Assembly: GCA_045613445.1 (NCBI GenBank)
Contig: JAZLAZ010000012.1
Span: 7,519 to 71,518, forward strand
Reading direction: 5' to 3'
DNA from: Candidatus Enterousia sp.
GTDB lineage: Bacteria > Pseudomonadota > Alphaproteobacteria > Rs-D84
DNA length: 64,000 nucleotides
This document shows, piece by piece, positions 39,156 to 49,219 of the stretch; the first letter of the stretch is position 1, and each line of letters opens with the position of its first letter. The position numbers were made by a program, and so were the translations under genes. Under the pieces are notes generated by a model. That model made no database searches. It was given only the letters and a program-made list of their open reading frames with translations, and had not been told where the DNA came from.

Positions 39156-40073
39156 ATGCAAAAAACACCAACAATATCAACATGGTTATTTCGTGCTCCG
39201 TTCAAATTTGCACTATTATCTTTTATCATTACTACACTGCTTGTACTTGGGTATTCATTATTACTTGGATTATTTTTATCCCCAACCAGTCCAATGCCAC
39301 AAACGCCACTTTATTTGTTGATAACACTTGGTTTTATAGGCTGCATTTACTTAACAGTACGCAAATTACCAAACATAAAGATGGACAAACCATCATTTAT
39401 TGCGATACATAATGCACAAATAATATTACTATTTTTACTATTTTCTGTATCATCATATTTATTGATATCACATCAACAAGAACTATTTTTCCGTTTAATG
39501 ATGATAGATACCACGCATTATGGATCTGTTATATTTATCATCCTGCTATTATCATTGTTTATATTATTTTTGTTTGGAACATCAATCATCAATTTATACA
39601 TCAAAATCCGCCGTATACAGCAATTTAATGTTCCAACATGGAAAATCATTTGCAGTTTTCCTTTTGGATTTGGCATGCTATGGGCACCTGGATATTTATT
39701 GGACACAAAAGCAGTAAAAAAACCATCCCAACCAATAAAATCAACAATGTATTCAAAAATAATAAATTGGACGCTTTCTAATCAGATAAACACGATATCT
39801 ATGTTCGTATTTATAACCATACTATCTGGTTTTTTTGCAGGCATAATTCCTGTACTGATGACATTTACATTGGCGATGATTTTTGGTTTATGGTCAATGA
39901 AAACAGGTTCCAAAAACTTTGAAAAACAAATGCATAACAAGTACTCAACTTGTGCTGTTGCAATCAATATTTTGATGATTATCATAATCAGCATAGTTTA
40001 TGCACACACACCCAAACAAAATATTGAAATTTCTATATCTGAAACACAAATTGTAACAGACCAAGGACAATAA
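39156..40073 (+). CDS. Hypothetical multi-pass membrane protein
   Basis: 305 aa with about seven hydrophobic segments; overlaps the start of the next gene. Confidence 0.7.
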   Translation: MQKTPTISTWLFRAPFKFALLSFIITTLLVLGYSLLLGLFLSPTSPMPQTPLYLLITLGFIGCIYLTVRKLPNIKMDKPSFIAIHNAQIILLFLLFSVSSYLLISHQQELFFRLMMIDTTHYGSVIFIILLLSLFILFLFGTSIINLYIKIRRIQQFNVPTWKIICSFPFGFGMLWAPGYLLDTKAVKKPSQPIKSTMYSKIINWTLSNQINTISMFVFITILSGFFAGIIPVLMTFTLAMIFGLWSMKTGSKNFEKQMHNKYSTCAVAINILMIIIISIVYAHTPKQNIEISISETQIVTDQGQ

Positions 40074-40075
40074 AC

Positions 40076-41119
40076 ATGAACGGGATTATTGTATTTGCAG
40101 GCCTGATACTATTTTTATGGTTGGGTCGTTCAATATTGATACCATTGTTGATTGCTGCATTTTTATGGTATTTAACAAACGCGATTTCCGATTATTATCG
40201 CAAAGTTTTACCATTTAAAACACCACAATCCGGATCACAAAAAATATATTGGCATATTTTCAATTGGGCATCTAATATCGCCAGTCTTGCTACAATATGC
40301 TTTATAATATACCTATTTATTACACAAATAAAACCAATGTTTGCAGAATTTGTATCCATATTACCTGCATTACAAGAAAAGTTGACTCAATTTGGTGCAT
40401 ATCTGTCAAATTCAGTTGGCTTAAAATTTGATGCAAATATGATACCAAACATTGCCCAAATTGCTGCAAACATCGGTTCATCAATTGCATCTGCTGCAAC
40501 ATCTATGGGCATGGTTTTTGTTTATATGATATTCATGTTTATTGAGCAAAGTACATTTAATCAAAAATTTGCATCTTTGTTTTCCAACAAACGACAATAT
40601 AAAAAATCGCGCTATATCTTGGACAGCATCGATTACAATATGAAAAGGTATTTGTTTGTAAAAACAACAATATCTGCAATAACAGGCCTATTATCATTCG
40701 TATGGTTACAAATGATTGGTGTTGAATTTGCAAGCGTTTGGGCATTTATTGTATTTATTACAAGTTATATTCCAACGATTGGTGCAATTATCGCATGCAC
40801 TTTACCGATTTTATATTCATTGGTTATGGCGCCATCATTACAGCAACCAATTTTAACAGCGATTGGTTTAATAACTTTGCAAATATTTTTTGGAAATTTA
40901 CTAGAACCAAAATTGACAGGAAAAACATTAAATATATCAACACTAGCAATATTGATAAATCTGGTATTTTGGGGCATGATATGGGGCATTGCAGGAATGT
41001 TTTTCAGTGTTCCAATGTTGGTTGCAATATATATCATATGCGCACAATTTGATTCAACCAGATGGGTTGCTGTATTATTATCTGCGGACGGTAATATACC
41101 TGATAAAAACGAAGATTAA
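40076..41119 (+). CDS. AI-2E family transporter
   Basis: SYIPTIGAII, GNLLEPKLTGKTLNIS, WGMIWGIAGMFFSVP. Confidence 0.88.
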   Translation: MNGIIVFAGLILFLWLGRSILIPLLIAAFLWYLTNAISDYYRKVLPFKTPQSGSQKIYWHIFNWASNIASLATICFIIYLFITQIKPMFAEFVSILPALQEKLTQFGAYLSNSVGLKFDANMIPNIAQIAANIGSSIASAATSMGMVFVYMIFMFIEQSTFNQKFASLFSNKRQYKKSRYILDSIDYNMKRYLFVKTTISAITGLLSFVWLQMIGVEFASVWAFIVFITSYIPTIGAIIACTLPILYSLVMAPSLQQPILTAIGLITLQIFFGNLLEPKLTGKTLNISTLAILINLVFWGMIWGIAGMFFSVPMLVAIYIICAQFDSTRWVAVLLSADGNIPDKNED

Positions 41120-41129
41120 AAAACGGGCA

Positions 41130-41579
41130 TCATGCCCGTTTTATTATTGCGATTGCATTTTCTAATATCACTCGTGCAGCTTCAGAATCCAGACGCTGTT
41201 TAATATCACGCACACGAACACGCCCCATAGATTCCTGAGCAGCAACAGATGTTAAATTTTCTTCTATCATACAAATTGGCAAATCTGTTTTAATCGCCAA
41301 TCTGTTTACAAAATCACGCACCATTTTTGTCGTATCGGATTCAGAACCATCATTTCGAACAGGCAATCCAACAACAATCGCCACAACCCCCTCTTCCTTG
41401 GCAAATTGCGCCACAATATCAGCATGATTGGTTGCACCACGCGACGTAACAACCACAGGTCGCGTAAAAATAAAATCACCAGTTGTATCAGATACAGCAA
41501 GCCCAATTCTGGACAAACCCCAATCAACTCCTAAAATACGCCCTGTGCGCGGAAAAGCCTTGAAATCTGGCAAAATCAT
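41130..41579 (-). CDS. ruvX: Holliday junction resolvase-like RuvX/YqgF
   Basis: ILGVDWG..RIGLAVSD, VVGLP, EENLTS, DSEAARVIL. Confidence 0.9.
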   Translation of the reverse strand: MILPDFKAFPRTGRILGVDWGLSRIGLAVSDTTGDFIFTRPVVVTSRGATNHADIVAQFAKEEGVVAIVVGLPVRNDGSESDTTKMVRDFVNRLAIKTDLPICMIEENLTSVAAQESMGRVRVRDIKQRLDSEAARVILENAIAIIKRA

Positions 41580-41616
41580 TGTATAATTCCTTTACTTTAC
41601 AAATATAGGATTGAAA

Positions 41617-41913
41617 ATGGCATTTAGCAAGCAACAATTACAAAAATTCGCAAATTTAATTCGTATTGAAATATCTGATGAAAAACTGACTGAAATGAAC
41701 ATTGATTCGGTCGTTGAATGGTTGGACAAACTACAAAAAATCAACACAACAGATGTTAAACCACTGTTAAATCCATCAGAACACAAATTACCACAACGCG
41801 ATGATATTGTAACAGATGGCAATATTCGTGATTTGGTTTTGGCAAATACACCTGATAATTCTGGCACATCACGCGGTTACTTTGCAGTACCAAAAGTTAT
41901 GGACGGGGAATAA
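41617..41913 (+). CDS. gatC: Asp/Glu-tRNA amidotransferase subunit C
   Basis: ANLIRIEI...LQKINT...RDDIVTDG...YFAVPKV. Confidence 0.85.
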   Translation: MAFSKQQLQKFANLIRIEISDEKLTEMNIDSVVEWLDKLQKINTTDVKPLLNPSEHKLPQRDDIVTDGNIRDLVLANTPDNSGTSRGYFAVPKVMDGE

Positions 41914-41916
41914 GAA

Positions 41917-42315
41917 ATGAAAGATATAAAAGTAAAAATAACTATTCCGTATTTAACTAACTTAAATATAGAAATAGCAGCAAATGATGCAATCAAATTA
42001 TTGGCACTATTAAAAAATACCGATATTAAATTAGCAACATGTGTTGCGCCATGCTTTAATGTTAATATGCAAACAAGCATTTTAAATGTTCCAAAATCCC
42101 CCAGTGTACACAGCGAATTAATACTTAGTGGTATGGCACATATTGATAAAATAAAATGCGACCCCCGCATTAGTGTTTTTAATAAATCAAGTTATGAAAA
42201 AGCACAAGCCTGCTTTGATAATTTAAAAAATGGAAAATGCAAGGATGAATTCGTGCGCAGAACTGTTGGAACTATATTGTTTCCACAACATTATGCAAAC
42301 GAAAAACAGAAATAA
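41917..42315 (+). CDS. Hypothetical protein inserted between gatC and gatA
   Basis: 132-aa ORF spaced 3 nt and 15 nt from its neighbours; C-terminal CFDNLKNGKCKDEF...LFPQHYANEKQK. Confidence 0.7.
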   Translation: MKDIKVKITIPYLTNLNIEIAANDAIKLLALLKNTDIKLATCVAPCFNVNMQTSILNVPKSPSVHSELILSGMAHIDKIKCDPRISVFNKSSYEKAQACFDNLKNGKCKDEFVRRTVGTILFPQHYANEKQK

Positions 42316-42330
42316 ACGGAAAGAAAAAAA

Positions 42331-43797
42331 ATGATAAACCTGACAATAGTTGAAGCCTTAGAAAAATTAAACAGTGGTGAAATCACATCTGTTGAACTAA
42401 CCAAATCATACTTAAAACGCATTGAACAATTCGGCGCTGATTTGAATTGCTATATTACTGTCACCCCAGAACGCGCCCTGGCAGATGCTGCTGCATCTGA
42501 TGCCAGACGCGCATCCGGCAATGCATTACCACTGGACGGGATTCCAATGGCAATGAAAGATTTATTTGCAACACGCGGAATTCGCACAACAGCCGCATCG
42601 CGTATGCTGGAAAATTTTATTCCCGAATACGAATCGACTGTTTCGCAAAAATTGATTGATTCAGGCACAGTATTGTTAGGCAAGGCAAATTTGGACGAAT
42701 TTGCGATGGGCACTTTCAGCAAGACCAGTTTCTTTGGCGCACCTGTAAATCCATGGCAAATTGAAAAACATTTAACCGCTGGTGGTTCATCTGGCGGTTC
42801 AACATCTGCGGTTGCTGGCGGTTTGGCATTATGCGCAACTGGCACAGACACTGGCGGTTCGATTCGTTTTCCTGCAGCAATTACCGGTATGGTTGGCATG
42901 AAACCAACATATGGTTTATGTTCCCGTTGGGGCTGCGTTGCATTTGCATCTTCTCTGGATACACCAGGTCCAATTGCACGCACTGTTGACGATGCAGCAT
43001 TAATGTTGTCATGTATGTCGGGCCATGACCCAAAAGATTCAACCAGCGCTATAAATAGTTTCACATGCACAAAACCGCTGGAACCAATTTTGGGTGACGG
43101 CAAGAAACTGCGCGTTGGTGTTATCAAAGAATTCGCAGATGTTAAAATTTCAAACGACATGAAATCATTATTTGAAAAACGTGTTGCAGACTTAAAATCC
43201 ATGGGTGCCGAAATTGTCGAAGTTTCAATTCCAAACATCTTGGATGCATTGGCCGCTTATTACATTATTGCCCCGGCAGAGGCATCATCAAATTTGGCAC
43301 GTTATGACGGTATGCGTTATGGACTGCGTGTCGAAAGTGAAGATTTAATCGACACATACAAAAAGACTCGCGCAACCGGTTTTGGCGACGAGGTTAAACG
43401 CCGTATGATTATTGGCACAGCAGTACTGTCCAGTGAATCATACGATGTATATTTTATGCAGGCAGCACGTGTTCGTCGTATGATTGCAGACAGTTTTATT
43501 TCTGCATTTGAACAATGCGATTTAATTGTATGCCCATCATCTGCAAGTACTGCAATGCCATTAGACGCATCGCTGTCACCATTGGAATTCTATGCATTGG
43601 ATTTATTCACAGTTGCGATGAATTTGGCTGGAATCCCTGCATGCAGTGTTCCATGCGGTCTGGCACAAAATGGTCTGCCGTTGGGAATGCAAGTTGTTGG
43701 TCCACGTTTTGCAGATATGCGCGTTCTTCAATTGGCAAAACACATTGAAACAGCTGCATCTATTGACAACCGCCCAACAACAATTATGGGGAAATAA
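42331..43797 (+). CDS. gatA: Asp/Glu-tRNA amidotransferase subunit A
   Basis: MKDLF, GGSSGGS, GTDTGGSIR, SSNLARYDG, VKRRMIIG. Confidence 0.96.
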   Translation: MINLTIVEALEKLNSGEITSVELTKSYLKRIEQFGADLNCYITVTPERALADAAASDARRASGNALPLDGIPMAMKDLFATRGIRTTAASRMLENFIPEYESTVSQKLIDSGTVLLGKANLDEFAMGTFSKTSFFGAPVNPWQIEKHLTAGGSSGGSTSAVAGGLALCATGTDTGGSIRFPAAITGMVGMKPTYGLCSRWGCVAFASSLDTPGPIARTVDDAALMLSCMSGHDPKDSTSAINSFTCTKPLEPILGDGKKLRVGVIKEFADVKISNDMKSLFEKRVADLKSMGAEIVEVSIPNILDALAAYYIIAPAEASSNLARYDGMRYGLRVESEDLIDTYKKTRATGFGDEVKRRMIIGTAVLSSESYDVYFMQAARVRRMIADSFISAFEQCDLIVCPSSASTAMPLDASLSPLEFYALDLFTVAMNLAGIPACSVPCGLAQNGLPLGMQVVGPRFADMRVLQLAKHIETAASIDNRPTTIMGK

Positions 43798-43867
43798 TAT
43801 ATGAACAAAACACCCATCTTCTTTGACAATAAAAAAACGACCATCATGGTCGCAATAAGAAAGGAGA

Positions 43868-43943
43868 TGGTGGCTAGGGACGGAATCGAACCGCCGACAC
43901 AGGGATTTTCAGTCCCTTGCTCTACCAACTGAGCTACCTAGCC
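43868..43943 (-). tRNA. tRNA-Phe (GAA)
   Basis: GGCTAGG...CCTAGCC-ACCA, anticodon arm AGGGA-CT-GAA-AA-TCCCT. Upstream TTGCTT-N17-TATTAT and downstream CGACCA/TGGTCG terminator. Confidence 0.97.
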
Positions 43944-43998
43944 AACGCGGGACAAATAATAAGATACAAAAAACAAAAAAGCAAGGGAAAAAGAAAAA

Positions 43999-45519
43999 AT
44001 GTTTACAATAAAAGGCAAAACAGGCGATTGGGAATTAGTAATTGGCTTGGAAACACATATCGAAGTGTTATCTGAATCAAAATTATTCAGTGGCGCATCT
44101 GCTGACTATAACCCAACGGTATCCCCCAACACTCAGGTTTCAATGGTTGATGTTGCGATGCCGGGCATGCTACCTGTATTAAACAAATACTGTGTTGAAC
44201 AAGCAATAAAAATGGGGATTGGCTTGAATGCTGAAATTTCCAAACACAGCCGTTTTGCGCGCAAGCAATATTTCTACCCTGATCTGCCCCAAGGTTATCA
44301 GATTTCACAACCTGCAGATGAGCCACCTGTTGTTGGTCGTGGTTGGGTTGAAATTATGAGTGACGATGGCAACCCTAAAAAGATTTTCATTGAACGCGCA
44401 CACTTGGAACAAGATGCAGGGAAATTAAAACACGATGTACACCCAACAAAATCCTTTGCTGACTATAATCGTACAGGTGTTGCCCTGCTAGAAATTGTAA
44501 CTTTCTTGGACACAAAAAATCCAGAAAACAATTCTTATATTTCATCCCCAGATGAAGCAGAACGATACCTGCGTGAAATTCGTGAAATCGCACGCGCACT
44601 GGGTGTATCTCGCGCAAATATGGAAGAAGGTTCAATGCGCGCAGACGTAAATGTATCGGTACGACCAGCCGGTTCAACAGAATTCCGTACCAGAACAGAA
44701 ACAAAAAATATGGTATCGTTCAAATTTATTAAATCTGCAATTGAATACGAAGCGCGTCGTCAAATCGAAATTTATGAAAATGGTGGCACTGTCACCCAAG
44801 ACACAATGAGATATAATCAAGGCGAAGGTACAACTTCTGTAATGCGTTCCAAAGAAGACGCGCTGGATTATCGTTATTTCCCAGATCCAGATTTATTACC
44901 AATTGAAATAACAGATGAACAAATTGAACGCATACGCAGCACAATGCCAGAATTACCATCTGCAACACGCACGCGCTATACGACGGATTTTGGGCTGTCT
45001 GAATATGACGCAGCGCGTCTGACCGAATCGACAGATATTTCGCACTGGTTTGATGCGGCTGTAAATGGCAAAAAAGAAAACGCTAAATCAATTGCGAACT
45101 GGATGATAAGTGAATTATTTGCACACCCAGAAAACTGGGATGAAAAAAATGAAAAATCAGGCATTGTCGATGGCATGCGTATTATTACACCATCCGATAT
45201 CGCACAACTGGTTGAAATGATTTCTGAAAATACAATCAACGGAAAACAAGCCAAAGAAATCTTTATCAAAATGCTTGATGGGGAATCTGGTACACCACGT
45301 GAAATTGCTGACAAATTCGGCATGAAGCAAATGACAGACACAGGCGCTATTGAAAAAATCATTGATGAAGTAATCGCCGCAAATCCATCTCAGGTTGAAC
45401 AATATAAATCTGGCAAAGTTGGGCTTTTGGGCTTCTTTGTCGGTAATGTTATGAAAGCAACAAGCGGCACTGCAAATCCAGCTGTTGTAAACGAATTATT
45501 ACGTAAAAAACTAGTATAA
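43999..45519 (+). CDS. gatB: Asp/Glu-tRNA amidotransferase subunit B
   Basis: IGLETHIE, PGMLPVLN, YFYPDLPQGYQISQ, HLEQDAGK, MRADVNVS, DYRYFPDPDL, FFVGNVMK. Confidence 0.97.
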   Translation: MFTIKGKTGDWELVIGLETHIEVLSESKLFSGASADYNPTVSPNTQVSMVDVAMPGMLPVLNKYCVEQAIKMGIGLNAEISKHSRFARKQYFYPDLPQGYQISQPADEPPVVGRGWVEIMSDDGNPKKIFIERAHLEQDAGKLKHDVHPTKSFADYNRTGVALLEIVTFLDTKNPENNSYISSPDEAERYLREIREIARALGVSRANMEEGSMRADVNVSVRPAGSTEFRTRTETKNMVSFKFIKSAIEYEARRQIEIYENGGTVTQDTMRYNQGEGTTSVMRSKEDALDYRYFPDPDLLPIEITDEQIERIRSTMPELPSATRTRYTTDFGLSEYDAARLTESTDISHWFDAAVNGKKENAKSIANWMISELFAHPENWDEKNEKSGIVDGMRIITPSDIAQLVEMISENTINGKQAKEIFIKMLDGESGTPREIADKFGMKQMTDTGAIEKIIDEVIAANPSQVEQYKSGKVGLLGFFVGNVMKATSGTANPAVVNELLRKKLV

Positions 45520-45539
45520 AACAAAAAAAAGGAAAAGAC

Positions 45540-45713
45540 ATGGCAAAAGTAATTGCAATCGTTGAAAACAATCATGTAACAGGTATTGTATATGGTACAG
45601 TAAATGTTCCAGACACAGAAATAAAACAATCTAAAAAACACACCCAAATGGCTGTAAAAGCAAGCAAGGCACGCATACAACAACTGCGTAACCAACGCAT
45701 AAAACAAAAATAA
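45540..45713 (+). CDS. Small hypothetical protein (57 aa; below the ORF-track cutoff)
   Basis: Manual translation MAKVIAIVENNHVTGIVYGTVNVPDTEIKQSKKHTQMAVKASKARIQQLRNQRIKQK. RBS AGGAAA; stop lies 3 nt before the next ATG. Confidence 0.65.
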   Translation: MAKVIAIVENNHVTGIVYGTVNVPDTEIKQSKKHTQMAVKASKARIQQLRNQRIKQK

Positions 45714-45716
45714 GAA

Positions 45717-46088
45717 ATGATTATTATCTTTGCACATAAATTATCTGACGATATAAAAACAAGGTTACTAGCCGAAATTAAAAAAGTTCGGTTAGATACC
45801 TGTGTTGCTATCACACAGAAAACACCAGATGATACAGTGACAGAGATACTGACCGAAATCGAAAAACGCACCCCAGGAATCAGCATCACAGAAGATGTAA
45901 TATTGCAATACATCCCAAGATTGCTGGAAAATCAACCTGATACAACAACAGACAAATCAGGACTATCGTTGGACGAAAAAAACGCACGAAAATATCACAC
46001 AAAAAATATGATGCACCTTTTTAATACTGCGAAACAAAAACACGCCAAACAACTGCATCATAAAAACAGAAATCAGCACAGGAGATAA
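45717..46088 (+). CDS. Hypothetical protein
   Basis: 123-aa ORF tightly packed in the gatB-miaB interval; basic C-terminus. Confidence 0.65.
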   Translation: MIIIFAHKLSDDIKTRLLAEIKKVRLDTCVAITQKTPDDTVTEILTEIEKRTPGISITEDVILQYIPRLLENQPDTTTDKSGLSLDEKNARKYHTKNMMHLFNTAKQKHAKQLHHKNRNQHRR

Positions 46089-46090
46089 AA

Positions 46091-46261
46091 ATGATTATTG
46101 ATGATATCGCTCGTATAATGCGCGAAATGATAAAATGGGAAGCACAGGCAAAAATATTTAATCAAGAAAAACGATATAAAAGAAACTATATTCTGCGTGC
46201 GAATAAATGGGCGCAAATAAAACACCTGCAAACAAGATATAACAATACAAAAAACAAATAA
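46091..46261 (+). CDS. Small hypothetical protein (56 aa; below the ORF-track cutoff)
   Basis: Manual translation MIIDDIARIMREMIKWEAQAKIFNQEKRYKRNYILRANKWAQIKHLQTRYNNTKNK. RBS GGAG at 46081; stop lies 4 nt before miaB. Confidence 0.65.
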   Translation: MIIDDIARIMREMIKWEAQAKIFNQEKRYKRNYILRANKWAQIKHLQTRYNNTKNK

Positions 46262-46265
46262 AATC

Positions 46266-47573
46266 ATGAAAAAATTCTTTATCCAAACTTTTGGCTGTCA
46301 GATGAATGTATATGATGGTTGGCGTATTGCCGCGATGCTTGAACATCGCGGTATGTGCCGTACAGACGACATTTCTGACGCGGACATTATCATATTAAAC
46401 ACATGCGCTGTCCGCGCCAAGGCAACTGATAAAGTTTTTTCTGCACTGGGTCGTATCAGACGTGCAAAAAAGCCATCTGCCCTGTTTGGAATTGTTGGAT
46501 GTGTTGCACGCGAATCGGGCAGTGATGCTTTCCGTAGAATACCAGATTTGAATTTCGTATTGGGACCACAAAGCTATCATAAACTACCACAAATTTTAGA
46601 AAACCCAGATGCAAAATTATTTAACATTGATTTGGGTGGTCTGGAAAAATTTGATGAATTACCACAAATGGAAAAGTCACCAACTGTCGCATATATTCCA
46701 ATCCAAGAAGGTTGTAATCATGTATGCACATACTGTATTGTACCGTATACACGCGGTCGCGAAATATCGCGCAAATTTGATGACTGTGTTCGCGACACAA
46801 TTCATGCTGCAAACACTGGTGCGGTTGAAATATGCTTTCTGGGACAAAATGTAAACGGATACAAATATACAGATGAAAACGGTAACATATATCGCCTGTC
46901 TGATTTAATACGCGAAGCTGCCAACATCGAATCGGTAAAAAGAATCAGATTCACATCCAGTTATCCAACAGAAATGACCGATGACTTGATTGAAACGTTT
47001 GCGACAGAACCAAAGTTATTACCATTTTTGAACATGCCGATTCAAAGTGGCTCACAAAATGTTTTGACACGCATGAACCGTCCTTATTCACTGGAACTAT
47101 ACACAGACATAATTCGCAAACTGCGAATCGCACGCCCAGACATACAAATATCATCTGACTTTATTGTTGGGTTTCCTGGTGAAACAGACAACGACTTTGA
47201 ACAGACAATGCGAATTGCAGAACAAATAAAATATATCAATTCATATTCTTTCAAATATTCACCACGACCACATACTGCGGCAGCATTGATGCCAGATCAG
47301 ATTCCAGAAAACATCAAAGCAAACAGACTGGCACAACTAGATACTTATTTGAGCGAAGTACAACGCGAATTCAATATCAGTTGCATTGACAAAACAATGG
47401 AATGTTTATTCGAAGGTCCTGACAAAACGGGCAAGCATTTAATTTATCGCACACCATATATGCAGCAATGTGTTGTTGAAAAACTACCTGATAATGGTCC
47501 TACTCCTATCTTGGCAAACATTTTCATAACAAATGCAAACAAGGCGTCATTACGTGGTAAATTTGTAAAATAA
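46266..47573 (+). CDS. miaB: tRNA-i6A37 methylthiotransferase
   Basis: TFGCQMN, NTCAVR, GCNHVCTYC (CxxxCxxC), GQNVN, DFIVGFPGET, FKYSPRPHT. Confidence 0.93.
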   Translation: MKKFFIQTFGCQMNVYDGWRIAAMLEHRGMCRTDDISDADIIILNTCAVRAKATDKVFSALGRIRRAKKPSALFGIVGCVARESGSDAFRRIPDLNFVLGPQSYHKLPQILENPDAKLFNIDLGGLEKFDELPQMEKSPTVAYIPIQEGCNHVCTYCIVPYTRGREISRKFDDCVRDTIHAANTGAVEICFLGQNVNGYKYTDENGNIYRLSDLIREAANIESVKRIRFTSSYPTEMTDDLIETFATEPKLLPFLNMPIQSGSQNVLTRMNRPYSLELYTDIIRKLRIARPDIQISSDFIVGFPGETDNDFEQTMRIAEQIKYINSYSFKYSPRPHTAAALMPDQIPENIKANRLAQLDTYLSEVQREFNISCIDKTMECLFEGPDKTGKHLIYRTPYMQQCVVEKLPDNGPTPILANIFITNANKASLRGKFVK

Positions 47574-47578
47574 ACACA

Positions 47579-49126
47579 CTAAAATAAAAACTTGGCATTT
47601 GCAGATATCTTATAAGATACAGTATCTTGAATATCAGTAACAGACACATCAAGACTGCCACCAATCATATCTGTATGCGACATAAATCCAATTCTGCCAG
47701 AAACACTAACTGCACCATTTGTGTCTGCAACAAATGATGCACCATATAAATATTCTAAATCAGAAATTATATATTTATATTCTGATATTACACCAACACG
47801 CCCCATACAGTCAGAATACTTTATACCGGACAAATCATATAGTTGTATTCCAATCCCCACAACAGGCGAAACAGAAAACGAATCGAATTGTAGCTTATAA
47901 CCTGTATCAAAAACAGTATACCCAAACAATGCACTTGGTTCAGTTTGTATATTATCATTATACATTACAGCCGAAATATCAAATTGCGTAACAGAAATCC
48001 CTGATTTCAAATTTACAAAAAAATTATTATTAAACAAGTAATTCGTACTTAAATTTAATCCATAAATCATTCCTGAAAACTCATCTAAATCAGACAGATA
48101 ATCCAAATGCGCAATTTGCATCCCAAAAATTATATTAAAATTATCCCCTATTTCTGTTGCTAAATTTATATCTGCGCCGTATACATATAATTCATCAGAT
48201 ATTATTCCAAACGCATTTGCACTAATCGTATTTTCAACACAATCATCAAACAGACGCATATTCATTGTATTTATTATCTGTAACGGGCGATATAAAACAT
48301 CCGGATTAAACAGCACTGATTCAGACATAACAGAATACAAATCATCTTTATCTACGGCTGAATCCAAGGCATACATAAAATCAGAATGTTTATTATTTGC
48401 ACGCAAAGAATTGATAAACAACCCCATATCGTTATCAAAAATAACACTGTAATCTGTTTCACGAATATGTTTTATAAACAATTTTCCATCTGAAACATCA
48501 CCAACAGTTACATACATTATATCATCTTTATTTGATATAAATTTTGCTGTTGACCCACCAGAAACATTATCCAGCAATATTACATTATATAAATCGTCAA
48601 TATCGTGTATAACAAATTTTACATTTTCTCCAATTTCGACTGATTTGGATAAATTTTTCGGGACAGAATTTATATGCACTGTTGTATCATTCAATAACAC
48701 ACGACCTGTTCCAGACGCAACATCAACAACATCAGCCAAAGACAAATTATTATTTCCATTTACAACGACTGTATATTCAGCATCTATATTTACAGGATTC
48801 ATATTATCAACATTTGAAACGATTTGAAATATACGTGCATCCTCATCTAAAAACACATCATTAAAATTGATTAAATTATAATTTTCAAAACGCACATCAC
48901 ACCGTGGACAAACATCTAAGACATCCACAGATATAACACCATGATTTTCAATCGATATTGTTTCTGTTATTATCAATTTATTTGGATTTACAATAACATT
49001 ATCTATAACAACAGTATCTTCGTCCCAAGCAGCCAAATCGCCCCCAATACCCATTGTGATATATTCTGCAGACGCAGCGCAATTCAACACACATAAAACA
49101 CATAAAAAATACACATATCTGTACAT
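47579..49126 (-). CDS. Putative autotransporter-like outer-membrane protein
   Basis: Signal peptide, Asn/Val/Asp-rich beta-type N-region, alternating amphipathic strands in the C-terminal ~250 aa, terminal KFLF. Confidence 0.55.
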   Translation of the reverse strand: MYRYVYFLCVLCVLNCAASAEYITMGIGGDLAAWDEDTVVIDNVIVNPNKLIITETISIENHGVISVDVLDVCPRCDVRFENYNLINFNDVFLDEDARIFQIVSNVDNMNPVNIDAEYTVVVNGNNNLSLADVVDVASGTGRVLLNDTTVHINSVPKNLSKSVEIGENVKFVIHDIDDLYNVILLDNVSGGSTAKFISNKDDIMYVTVGDVSDGKLFIKHIRETDYSVIFDNDMGLFINSLRANNKHSDFMYALDSAVDKDDLYSVMSESVLFNPDVLYRPLQIINTMNMRLFDDCVENTISANAFGIISDELYVYGADINLATEIGDNFNIIFGMQIAHLDYLSDLDEFSGMIYGLNLSTNYLFNNNFFVNLKSGISVTQFDISAVMYNDNIQTEPSALFGYTVFDTGYKLQFDSFSVSPVVGIGIQLYDLSGIKYSDCMGRVGVISEYKYIISDLEYLYGASFVADTNGAVSVSGRIGFMSHTDMIGGSLDVSVTDIQDTVSYKISANAKFLF

Positions 49127-49219
49127 ATACCGACCATAGCATATAAGAAAAATTTCTTAAAGCAAAAATATAAAAACACCCCGACAAAATCGGGGCATTC
49201 ACGCACAATAAACAGACAA

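Noticed and set aside
42450-43238. Long antisense ORFs in the track (e.g. 42450..43238, 13766..14338, 52785..53327)
   Set aside because: They lie opposite well-supported genes, have no motifs, and are typical codon-bias shadows.
46091-46261. Apparent frameshift in the small ORF before miaB
   Set aside because: On recount the A-run is five bases and the ORF is intact (171 nt).
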